Shown in pieces: positions 19,822 to 27,288 of a stretch of 64,000 nt of DNA. The notes beneath the pieces were generated by a model. It was not told the DNA's origin and did not search any database. It saw nothing but the letters and a program-made list of their open reading frames with translations. Origin of the DNA: an uncultured Candidatus Saccharibacteria bacterium (GTDB taxonomy: Bacteria > Patescibacteriota > Saccharimonadia > Saccharimonadales > JAGQNJ01); NCBI GenBank assembly GCA_964493895.1, contig CAZBPY010000002.1, positions 3,351-67,350 of the forward strand. The letters run 5' to 3'. Made by a program: the position numbers and the translations under genes. Numbering within the stretch: position 1 is the stretch's first letter; each line of letters begins with the position of its first letter.

Positions 19822-20344
19822 CTTCGTGATCCGGCGGATAAGTTATTTTCCGGCCCTTGACTTTAGCAAATTCGGTCAACTGATGATCTCTAACACTGGT
19901 TGGGCTAATAATATCGCGGACTTTAATGCCACGAATCAACAGTGCATCGCCAACTAATGAACGATGGCATCTCCAGGGCACAGCTTCAGCGCACATGATG
20001 GCTGTCGGTTTCTCTCTGGACAGCTCAATCAGTTTGCTGAGCCCGCTTGCAAACTCATCGGTCTGCATGTAATCGGCATAATTTCGAAACGAGGCGTTGC
20101 GCCAACCGTCGTTCACGGAGTTGTCGACTTTTGGCCGCAAACCGCCTAGGTCTTTGAGATAAACATAATCTATCCCCTGCTTGGGCAGCGATTTCTGAAG
20201 AGCAGTTTGCTCGAACTGCGGATTATGCCGCGACCGCGGAATGCTGCGAATGTCGACCAATTGCTTGACGCCGTTGGCTCTGAGTAGCTCAACAAACTCC
20301 TCGATCGAGCGCGTTGAATGCCCAATAGTAAAAATCTCGACCAT
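19811..20344 (-). CDS. DUF488 domain protein
   Basis: Start moved to the ATG at 20344 (MVEIFTIGHSTRSIEEFVELL..LVDIRSIPRSRHNPQF). The longer track ORF would overlap the upstream gene. Confidence 0.8.
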   Translation of the reverse strand: MVEIFTIGHSTRSIEEFVELLRANGVKQLVDIRSIPRSRHNPQFEQTALQKSLPKQGIDYVYLKDLGGLRPKVDNSVNDGWRNASFRNYADYMQTDEFASGLSKLIELSREKPTAIMCAEAVPWRCHRSLVGDALLIRGIKVRDIISPTSVRDHQLTEFAKVKGRKITYPPDHEDEK

Positions 20345-20382
20345 ACCCCTATTATAGACTGTCTCAATCTTGTTTGGTGTGA

Positions 20383-21078
20383 TTAAGCTCGAGCGAATTC
20401 GGGCAGTTCGAATGGCAGCACCCCGAGTTGGGCGCGTTCGACCATGAGGTCTTCGTAAAAGTCTCGCCATGAGTATGGGGATGGCTCCATCCGATCGCCG
20501 TCTTCGGCCGGCTGATATTCAAATGGCACATACAGATCTAAGAGATTAAAAGCAGTGAACACCCTGGCTGCCTGGAAGCGTTGCGAGTCGCCATAGTGCT
20601 CATATTGCTTATCCATCCGTTTGATTAGATAGTGGTATGGATCAGTTGACTGGTCATTGTTAGCGCTAATCTTTCCGACCACCATGGCGGCCAGGTTGTA
20701 GCCATAATACTCCGGAGTTTTAGTCTGAAAGTCCGTATGCAGTTCTTCTATTGCGGCATGAGCGGCTTGGATGTCGACATCTGGATGTACCCGCGGAAAA
20801 TGCGAGCGGTAGCGAGCGGCTTGGCGTTCCTTATCATCAAATAACAAGCTTGTCCCGAATAGAACTGCTCCAATATAAGAACTCATCTGTAGTGATAGGT
20901 GCACATAATTTGTCAGAAGCTCCGATCCGGGGACGACATTGTAAAGGCCGATTTTGTCCATTAGTTTTTCGGCTAAAGACGGCCCGTACCGCATGCCCAA
21001 TGTTGAGACTCCTAAAAAGATGCTGACGTCACTAATATGGGGCGGTAATTCATGTGTTCGTTTCTTGTGCCTGGACAT
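20383..21078 (-). CDS. hypothetical protein (orphan)
   Basis: 231-aa uninterrupted ORF. No motif recognised. Confidence 0.5.
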   Translation of the reverse strand: MSRHKKRTHELPPHISDVSIFLGVSTLGMRYGPSLAEKLMDKIGLYNVVPGSELLTNYVHLSLQMSSYIGAVLFGTSLLFDDKERQAARYRSHFPRVHPDVDIQAAHAAIEELHTDFQTKTPEYYGYNLAAMVVGKISANNDQSTDPYHYLIKRMDKQYEHYGDSQRFQAARVFTAFNLLDLYVPFEYQPAEDGDRMEPSPYSWRDFYEDLMVERAQLGVLPFELPEFARA

Positions 21079-21163
21079 ATCAGCTCATTATGCCACTGTA
21101 ACCGAACGGTGTCAATATACTGACCGAAGTTCTTGGGAGTTTATTCTGCCAATTCCTTGATTT

Positions 21164-21189
21164 GTCCAGAACTTTTTTGCTGTTCTGAC
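21164..21189. repeat. hairpin GTCCAGAAC-N9-GTTCTGAC, related to the stems at 24870 and 26525
   Basis: The stem sequence is shared with the two terminator hairpins of the tRNA-Asn region. The flanks indicate inverted orientation relative to those copies. Confidence 0.6.
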
Positions 21190-21242
21190 TTTATACTGAA
21201 TCAAATGAAGCTAATTTTCGTGTATAGGTCTATACTGGTAGT

Positions 21243-22603
21243 ATGACTGATACTAAACGTTTGGTGCTTTGGATTTGTATTCTGGCGTCGTTTGTGCCGT
21301 TTCTTGATGGCTCTGTAGTGACCGTGGCGCTGCCGGCAATCACCCGCGATCTAGGTGGAGGCTTCGTGCTACAACAGTGGGTTGTCAATGCTTACGCTAT
21401 CACGCTGGGCGCGTTTATGTTGATAGCTGGGTCACTGGCTGACCTCTACGGGCGTCAGCGGATTATGAGGTATGGGTTGATTTTGTTTGGCGTGACATCG
21501 GTGTTGTGCGCTGTGGCTCCGACAGGAGGATTTCTGATTTTCGCCCGCGGCGCCCAGGGTCTGGCTGGCGCGATGTTGGTTCCCAGCTCATTGGCGCTCA
21601 TCATGGCTTATTTCAAGAAGACAGGGGCTGGCAAGGCTATCGGCAGCTGGACGGCCTGGACGGGGATGGCATTTATCATTGGTCCTTTGGTCGGTGGTAT
21701 GTTGGTCGATGTTGCGTCATGGCGGATGGTATTTGCCATTAACATCATTCCGATCGCCATAAACCTGTACATGTTGTCACGGCTTGATTTTGCGGAAGAG
21801 CTGCAATTAAAGGTAAGCCTAGATATGACTGGGGCATTGCTGGGTGCTGTGGGGCTGGGCGGAGTCGTATATGGCCTAATTGAGCAGTCGCGATTGGGGT
21901 GGGCCGATCCGTCGTTTTTGGTTCGATTATTGTCGGTGTAGTCGCGCTGGCTGGTTTTATCTGGCACGAGCGGCGCATCAAGCAACCCATGTTGCCACTT
22001 GGCCTTTTTCGAGTGCGAAATTTTTGGGTTGGTAACGTGGCGTCATTCGCTATATACGCCGGGCTGGCACTGGCAACCTTTGCTATTTCTATCTTTGTTC
22101 AGCAGGTTGGCGGTTACACTGCCTTCCAGGCCGGATTGGCGCTGCTGCCTATAACTATGATAATGCTTTTCTTGTCGTCACGCTTTGGGGAATGGGCTGG
22201 GCGCGTCGGGCCGCGGATGTTTATGACAGCAGGTCCATTGATTGCTGCCGCTGGATTTATGACCATGTATTTTGTCGATAAATCGGCTAAGTACTGGCAA
22301 CTCCTGCCAGGAATTTTGTTACTTGGTCTTGGGTTATCGGTGACGGTCGCACCGCTGACGACAGCGATTCTCGGCGCCATTAGCGATCAGCAATCCGGGA
22401 TCGCCTCGGCGATCAACAATGCCGTTACGCGTATAGCTGGGCTCATTGCCATAGCTGCGGTTGGTTCGCTGGTCGGTCAAACGCTCGGTCTGCCGGGCTT
22501 TCGGTCTATCGTGTTGGTCATGACCGGATTGATGGTAGTAGGGGGTGTTGTTTCAGCGATTGGAATCGTAAACCATCCCCCAAAATCTCACAAACCGACG
22601 TAA
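21243..22603 (+). pseudogene. MFS transporter (DHA2/EmrB-like) split by a single frameshift
   Basis: ORFs 21243..21941 and 21899..22603 are the N and C halves of one MFS protein. Adding one T to the T5 run at 21915-21919 gives ..LGWADPSFFGSIIVGVVALAGFIWHERR.. and a single ORF of about 453 aa. Confidence 0.8.
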
Positions 22604-22859
22604 TAGGCCTCCACTCGGCTGGTGCTTTTATACATTTCCAGTGCTTGGGGGTAGTTTTTGTAAAGACTCTTCCACCACTGGCGGTACGTCAAACATGACT
22701 CTCGGGGTCTTGGCGCGCTGTCTTCGGTCAGTTAGTAGTTTTTAGATTGGCTGCACTTTCCCGTTAGCGCTACTGCTCCCCACCGCTTATTGTGTCCGCC
22801 AGAACTTTTTTGCTATGGCTCCATATAGCAGCCATGAGCCTCTAAGATATAATGAGACT

Positions 22860-23435
22860 ATGAAATTAATATACTTTGCAACATCAAATAAGGAAAAAAT
22901 GCAAATTGCTCAAACTATCTGCGCAGAAGCAGGCTTAACGGTTAAGCCAGTAGCTTTGGACATCGACGAAATTCAAGGCGAGGATCCCGAGGTGATCGTA
23001 CGAGATAAGGCGAGGCGGGCTCATGAACAGCTTGGGATGCCTGTAGTAGTCAGTGATGATACATGGGATATCCCGTCGCTGAAGGGATTTCCTGGTGCCT
23101 ACATGAAATCAATTAACTATTGGTTTAGGCCGGTTGATTTCTTGAGACTTATGGATGGAATTGAAGATAGGCGCATTATTTTGCATCAGTATCTAGCATA
23201 TACGGATGGCAATATGACAGAAGTTTTCAGAAATGACGTTGCAGGTGAAATAGCTAACGAAGCACGTGGCAAAAGCGAAAAGTCACCAAATATGACCATT
23301 ACTGTGCTTGATTCTGACAACGGTAAAACCATTGCCGAAGTACTTGACCAAGACGAAGACGCAGTGATTGCCCGTTATAAAGACCGACCTGATGCATGGC
23401 ACGGTTTTGTTAAATGGTACAAAAATATCCAATAG
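22860..23435 (+). CDS. non-canonical purine NTP pyrophosphatase (Ham1/ITPase family)
   Basis: Start moved to the ATG at 22860 (MKLIYFATSNKEKM). DIDEIQGEDPE and SDDTWDIPSLKGFPGAYMK are family-typical. TATAAT at 22848-22853 lies 6 nt upstream. Confidence 0.75.
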   Translation: MKLIYFATSNKEKMQIAQTICAEAGLTVKPVALDIDEIQGEDPEVIVRDKARRAHEQLGMPVVVSDDTWDIPSLKGFPGAYMKSINYWFRPVDFLRLMDGIEDRRIILHQYLAYTDGNMTEVFRNDVAGEIANEARGKSEKSPNMTITVLDSDNGKTIAEVLDQDEDAVIARYKDRPDAWHGFVKWYKNIQ

Positions 23436-23577
23436 CGTGAATACTTGCTGGATAGCCAATAAAATATATACTCTTGGCTCAGCATACCAGCCATGAATCC
23501 GACAACAGAGGTGAAGGACAAAAATTAGATACGAACATTGATCCTATATAATATTAGTATAAAAAGGAGCGAGTACG

Positions 23578-23997
23578 ATGAAGACATCTCTACACAGCTA
23601 CATTAGTTTTAATGGCAATGCGTCTGAAGCAATTGAATTTTACCGATCGGTTTTTGACGGAGAGGTAACCAGCAATACTTTTGGTGATTTTGCAGAGAGT
23701 ATGCCAAGTGCGCCAGAGGACAAAGATAAAATAATGCATGCGTTCATCAAAAACGATAAAGGCGTGGAATTTATGCTATCAGACATGCCAAGCAGTATGA
23801 CTTACTCTGATGGTCAAAGAGTAACCCTATGTCTTAACGGCGAAGACGAAGTGACCTTACGCGTGTATTGGGACAGGCTCACTGTTGATGGCAAGATTGA
23901 TGTGCCTTTTGAAAAAGCCCCATGGGGCGATATTTATGGTGCCTTGACCGACAAATTCGGCGTCAATTGGATGATCAACGTCGGCAAAGCCGAGTGA
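23578..23997 (+). CDS. VOC/glyoxalase-fold protein (PhnB/YjdN-like)
   Basis: 139 aa. C-terminal APWGDIYGALTDKFGVNWMIN is typical of the PhnB-like 3-demethylubiquinone methyltransferase-domain family. SD AAGGAG lies upstream. Confidence 0.7.
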   Translation: MKTSLHSYISFNGNASEAIEFYRSVFDGEVTSNTFGDFAESMPSAPEDKDKIMHAFIKNDKGVEFMLSDMPSSMTYSDGQRVTLCLNGEDEVTLRVYWDRLTVDGKIDVPFEKAPWGDIYGALTDKFGVNWMINVGKAE

Positions 23998-24048
23998 TCA
24001 TTGATGTCGATCAATCTAGGAGCTCGGTTTATCCTTAAGCTTTTTGGG

Positions 24049-24096
24049 TTGGCTCACAACGATAGAGAAAGTTACAGCTGCTATAAAGCACGATTT
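24049..24096. repeat. 48-bp cassette-junction element, copy B
   Basis: TTGGCTCACAACGATAGAGAAAGTTACAGCTGCTATAAAGCACGATTT. It lies between the convergent VOC and racemase genes, 11 nt from the racemase stop. Confidence 0.85.
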
Positions 24097-24107
24097 TGTA
24101 ATCTAAA

Positions 24108-24797
24108 TTATGTAGTTATTTCTCGAACTGTCGCATCTGCAAGGATTTTCATAGTATCGAACATAGGTACTTGCTGACTGCTTGGAAGTAGTAGCTGTAG
24201 ATCGGTGCATGCCAAAGCAATGCAGTCCACACCCTGGGCTGCAAGACCATATGCTACTTCAAGAATGTCTTCTCTATCCTTATTAAGATGCTGGCCTTCA
24301 ATTAGGCGCTGGATGATCTTATCCATCTTCGCTTTCTGTAATTCATCAGGTGTAACGAATTCGATAGTGGCTTCTGCCAGTTTTCTTTCGTAGACGTGGT
24401 TTGCAACAGTTGCCGATGTGGAAATAAGACCAATTTTCGTGAACCCATTGGCCTTAAGGTGAGAGATTGTTTCCTCGACGATACTTAACACTGGAATGTT
24501 GACGGCTTCTCTAATTTCATTGATAAAAACATGTAGAGAGTTGCATGGCATTACTAGAAAATCTACGCCTGTTTTCTCTAGTCTTTGAGCTTCCGTTACT
24601 AAGAAAGGTATGTACCGCTCTTTGCCAGTGTTGCTTTCGATTAGATCGCGTTCGACTTCGAGTAATAAGGGTACGCTCGAAACGACAACCAAAGGGCGTT
24701 GAGGAAGGCCAAGTTTCTGACAGCCAAAAATAATTTCAAGGTAAAACTCTGCTGTTGTTTCAGGCCCGAGGCCACCAATAACTCCAACTGATTTCAT
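24108..24797 (-). CDS. aspartate/glutamate racemase family protein
   Basis: 229 aa. MKSVGVIGGLGPETT, MPCNSLH and LACTDL supply the two catalytic Cys regions of the Asp/Glu racemase fold. Confidence 0.85.
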   Translation of the reverse strand: MKSVGVIGGLGPETTAEFYLEIIFGCQKLGLPQRPLVVVSSVPLLLEVERDLIESNTGKERYIPFLVTEAQRLEKTGVDFLVMPCNSLHVFINEIREAVNIPVLSIVEETISHLKANGFTKIGLISTSATVANHVYERKLAEATIEFVTPDELQKAKMDKIIQRLIEGQHLNKDREDILEVAYGLAAQGVDCIALACTDLQLLLPSSQQVPMFDTMKILADATVREITT

Positions 24798-24869
24798 AAT
24801 ACTAATAGTAGCGCATTTTCTCTGTAAATGGATACTAGATTTGGCTTCAACTCTACTCTGGGTATGAAA

Positions 24870-24898
24870 AAGTCAGAACCTAATATCAGTTCTGACTT
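24870..24898 (-). terminator. rho-independent terminator-like hairpin (duplicate of the tRNA-Asn terminator)
   Basis: The minus strand reads AAGTCAGAAC-tgatattag-GTTCTGACTT followed by TTTCAT. It is part of the 73-bp duplicated module 24846-24918. Confidence 0.5.
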
Positions 24899-24911
24899 CA
24901 ACTTGTTTGGC

Positions 24912-24957
24912 TTGGCTTACAACGATAGAGGAAGTCATAACTGCGATCAAGCAGGAT
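24912..24957. repeat. 48-bp cassette-junction element, copy C
   Basis: TTGGCTTACAACGATAGAGGAAGTCATAACTGCGATCAAGCAGGAT. It ends 3 nt before the stop of ORF 24961..25323. Confidence 0.85.
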
Positions 24958-24960
24958 ACT

Positions 24961-25323
24961 CTAGCTTTCGTGAGTTGACCTTGCTTCATTCACTGCTGCT
25001 CTAATATCTTCTGGGCTGATTCCGAATTTACGAGGAATAGGAATCGTGAGTTCGATTTCAGTTCCTGTGGATATAGTGCCCAGGACCCGCATTAACGTTA
25101 TGCCTATGATTTTGCCCTCTCTGTCAAAGCCTACTACATGACCTTCAGGCGTCCATTTGCCCGAACCGCCACCTTCATTCGGAGTTGAATTACTGAGATA
25201 TAAAGTATCATGCCCCTCTAGGTAATCAACTTCGGAAAAGGAAAAAGGCCCAACATGAAAAAGTCCATCATCTTCTGATCTGATTAGTCTTAAAGAAGGT
25301 ATTTCACCACCAAAATCTACCAT
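24961..25323 (-). CDS. hypothetical protein, possibly DUF2283-like
   Basis: 120-aa ORF. HDTLYLSN...GHVVGFDREGKIIGITLM weakly resembles DUF2283. Confidence 0.45.
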   Translation of the reverse strand: MVDFGGEIPSLRLIRSEDDGLFHVGPFSFSEVDYLEGHDTLYLSNSTPNEGGGSGKWTPEGHVVGFDREGKIIGITLMRVLGTISTGTEIELTIPIPRKFGISPEDIRAAVNEARSTHES

Positions 25324-25360
25324 ACAGTAAAAATATCACAAAAGTGGTATTTAGTCAAAC

Positions 25361-25408
25361 TTGGCTCACAATAATAGAGGAAGTCATAACTGTAATTAAG
25401 CAAGATTT
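25361..25408. repeat. 48-bp cassette-junction element, copy D
   Basis: TTGGCTCACAATAATAGAGGAAGTCATAACTGTAATTAAGCAAGATTT. It lies 3' of ORF 25432..25782. Confidence 0.85.
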
Positions 25409-25431
25409 GCTGGGAAACAAATACATAGAAA

Positions 25432-25782
25432 CTATTGTTGGGAAGGCATGACGGATACCTCTAAAGTGCCAATCACGTCTGAAAGTAATTCAGATGCGTC
25501 AGGATGGCTTGGTCTAAGAATCTCCCAGTAAGCAGAACTAAGTTGTTGGCATTCAGCCGTTTCACATCCCCCAAGATGTATGCCTACTTCTAAATCTATC
25601 GGAAATCTTGGCTCAGGATCATTGGCGACGTACATACTTCTAGCCATGATAAACCACTGCTGACGTGCTTCATCGCATGGTATCTCAGTACGAATCTCGC
25701 CAGCTTCAATTGCGTCAAGGCTTCGCTCAATTTGTTCTTCACGCTTAGCTCCCCAGCCGACAAATGGGTCCTGTTCACTCAT
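25432..25782 (-). CDS. hypothetical protein (116 aa)
   Basis: Start moved to the ATG at 25782 (MSEQDPFVGW). The track start at 25818 is TTG and lies 5 nt from repeat copy E (25823-25870). No family recognised. Confidence 0.45.
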   Translation of the reverse strand: MSEQDPFVGWGAKREEQIERSLDAIEAGEIRTEIPCDEARQQWFIMARSMYVANDPEPRFPIDLEVGIHLGGCETAECQQLSSAYWEILRPSHPDASELLSDVIGTLEVSVMPSQQ

Positions 25783-25822
25783 AAAACAAAAAATATCAAC
25801 ATTAGTGATATTTTGCAAATGC

Positions 25823-25870
25823 TTGGCTCAGCACAATAGAGGAAGTTATAACTGTAATAAAGCGAGATTT
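25823..25870. repeat. 48-bp cassette-junction element, copy E
   Basis: TTGGCTCAGCACAATAGAGGAAGTTATAACTGTAATAAAGCGAGATTT. It lies 3' of the RibD_C-like gene. Confidence 0.85.
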
Positions 25871-25930
25871 AACTCATGTAAACTAGAATTAGCTTGATCT
25901 ATTTAACTCAAATTCGCATTCAGTAGAGCA

Positions 25931-26473
25931 CTATTTTACAACTTGGAAACGTAAATGCGTTTCACCAGCAAACGCTGATGTGTCTAATCTTTTAAGCTGG
26001 ATCTTCTTTCCCAGTCCCTCGAACAATGAAATTCCCTCGCCAAGTAACAAAGGTTCTACATCAAGTATGATTTCATCAACTAGTCCTAGCTTCAAGCACT
26101 GCCGTGAGATACTACCGCCAAGTAAACTGACATTTTTATCGCCAGCGGCCACTTTTGCTTTTTCAACTGCTAGCTTTATATCGTCCACGACGAAATTATA
26201 TGTTACACCATCCTTCTCTACTGGCTCATGAGCTTCGTGAGTCATGAGAAATACAGGAACTTTTACAGTGCCTCCATATGGCACGCCATCATCTTCGATA
26301 GTATTTGTTTTGTTTGATCCACCGACTATGGCTCCAATTTCGGCTGTTACTTTATTGACTACTGCATAATCTTCGTCAACCGCTTCGAGATCCTGCATCC
26401 AGCTCATGTCGCCATCGACACCTGCCATAAATCCATCGAGTGTTATTGTTGCGTGAATAAATACTTTTCCCAT
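25931..26473 (-). CDS. dihydrofolate reductase-like (RibD C-terminal domain) family protein
   Basis: 180 aa. MGKVFIHATITLDGFMAG, LLGGSISRQ and DEIILDVEPLLLGEG are typical of RibD_C family reductases. Confidence 0.8.
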   Translation of the reverse strand: MGKVFIHATITLDGFMAGVDGDMSWMQDLEAVDEDYAVVNKVTAEIGAIVGGSNKTNTIEDDGVPYGGTVKVPVFLMTHEAHEPVEKDGVTYNFVVDDIKLAVEKAKVAAGDKNVSLLGGSISRQCLKLGLVDEIILDVEPLLLGEGISLFEGLGKKIQLKRLDTSAFAGETHLRFQVVK

Positions 26474-26524
26474 AGAACTATCATAGCAAAAGAGGCGGTT
26501 TCAATTCTACTTAGGGTATATAAA

Positions 26525-26554
26525 AAGTCAGAACCATCTTCACAGTTCTGACTT
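26525..26554 (-). terminator. rho-independent terminator of tRNA-Asn
   Basis: The minus strand reads AAGTCAGAAC-tgtgaagatg-GTTCTGACTT followed by TTTATAT, starting 15 nt after the tRNA 3' end. Confidence 0.6.
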
Positions 26555-26568
26555 TGTCTGTTCCGGCT

Positions 26569-26643
26569 TGGCTCCCGGGGCCGGACTCGAACCGGCAACC
26601 TTGAAGTTAACAGCTTCCTGCTCCACCATTGAGCTACCCGGGA
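26569..26643 (-). tRNA. tRNA-Asn (anticodon GTT), encoded CCA
   Basis: Reverse complement reads TCCCGGGTAGCTCAATGGTGGAGCAGGAAGCTGTTAACTTCAAGGTTGCCGGTTCGAGTCCGGCCCCGGGAGCCA. Cloverleaf fits, with anticodon loop CTGTTAA. Confidence 0.9.
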
Positions 26644-26691
26644 TTACTGACGAGATTATAGCGGACTCCTCTGTTAAATTCAATATTCTAT

Positions 26692-27288
26692 CTAAATTAG
26701 GGTTACTAGGCGATCTAGGACGCGTTGGTAATGACGATCAATTCCATTTGGAGTGAATTCGTCACTATGCACGAAACGGATTCCACCCATCTCGCGAGCC
26801 TCCCTTTTCTCCAGAGAGGCTACTTCTTCCCAGCTAGCCAACGATATGCCTTCATCGATCACATAAGTGGCATTGCCGAAAAGTGGGTTTTCGGCAACCG
26901 CGATGGTGCGCTGATCATCCCTGATCGTCAAGACCATATAGGGCAGCACTGTGGCTAGGGACCCAGGACGTCCACGCATCAGCTCTACTTGATAACCGCT
27001 AGACCTTAGGACATCGCCAAGTTCTATCAGACCGGCTAATCTTTCCCAGTTGACTTTGTGTGAATGGGTACTACCAACGTTCGTTTCAAAATCGCGTTTA
27101 ATGTCATCGACTCGTGTTCCCGGAGGAAAGATTCTTACATCTAAGAACTTCGCCCCTTTTAGTAATTCAATTGGAGCCGATGGGGTACCGGGTTCATTAC
27201 TGGGTTCTTCCTCGAGCGGTGTCTCGAGCCGCGGGTTCGGCCTCCGACACCGGTTCTGGTTCAATAGCAGGAAGTTCTTGAACTGCAT
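26692..27288 (-). CDS. hypothetical protein (198 aa; start uncertain)
   Basis: Long ORF whose first 92 nt overlap the end of the upstream 634-aa ORF in another frame. I saw no SD before the ATG at 27288. No family recognised. Confidence 0.45.
   Translation of the reverse strand: MQFKNFLLLNQNRCRRPNPRLETPLEEEPSNEPGTPSAPIELLKGAKFLDVRIFPPGTRVDDIKRDFETNVGSTHSHKVNWERLAGLIELGDVLRSSGYQVELMRGRPGSLATVLPYMVLTIRDDQRTIAVAENPLFGNATYVIDEGISLASWEEVASLEKREAREMGGIRFVHSDEFTPNGIDRHYQRVLDRLVTLI

Noticed and set aside
21899-21941. Programmed -1/+1 ribosomal frameshift in the MFS gene
   Set aside because: I saw no slippery heptamer plus downstream structure. A 1-nt change in a T5 homopolymer restores the frame, so a simple indel or sequencing error is more parsimonious.
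24912-24957. The 48-bp element as a tRNA gene or intact tRNA 3' half
   Set aside because: No T-arm (GTTCRANYC with a paired stem) or acceptor pairing can be drawn. Only the terminal GAGCCAAG and a weak anticodon-arm-like stretch resemble tRNA-Asn.
24049-25870. The four 48-bp repeats as a CRISPR array
   Set aside because: The intervals are 450-860 bp and each contains a full ORF. The repeats are only about 80-85% identical, and no cas genes are present.
26568-26756. 62-aa ORF on plus strand
   Set aside because: It overlaps tRNA-Asn and the 3' end of the 198-aa gene, so it is spurious.
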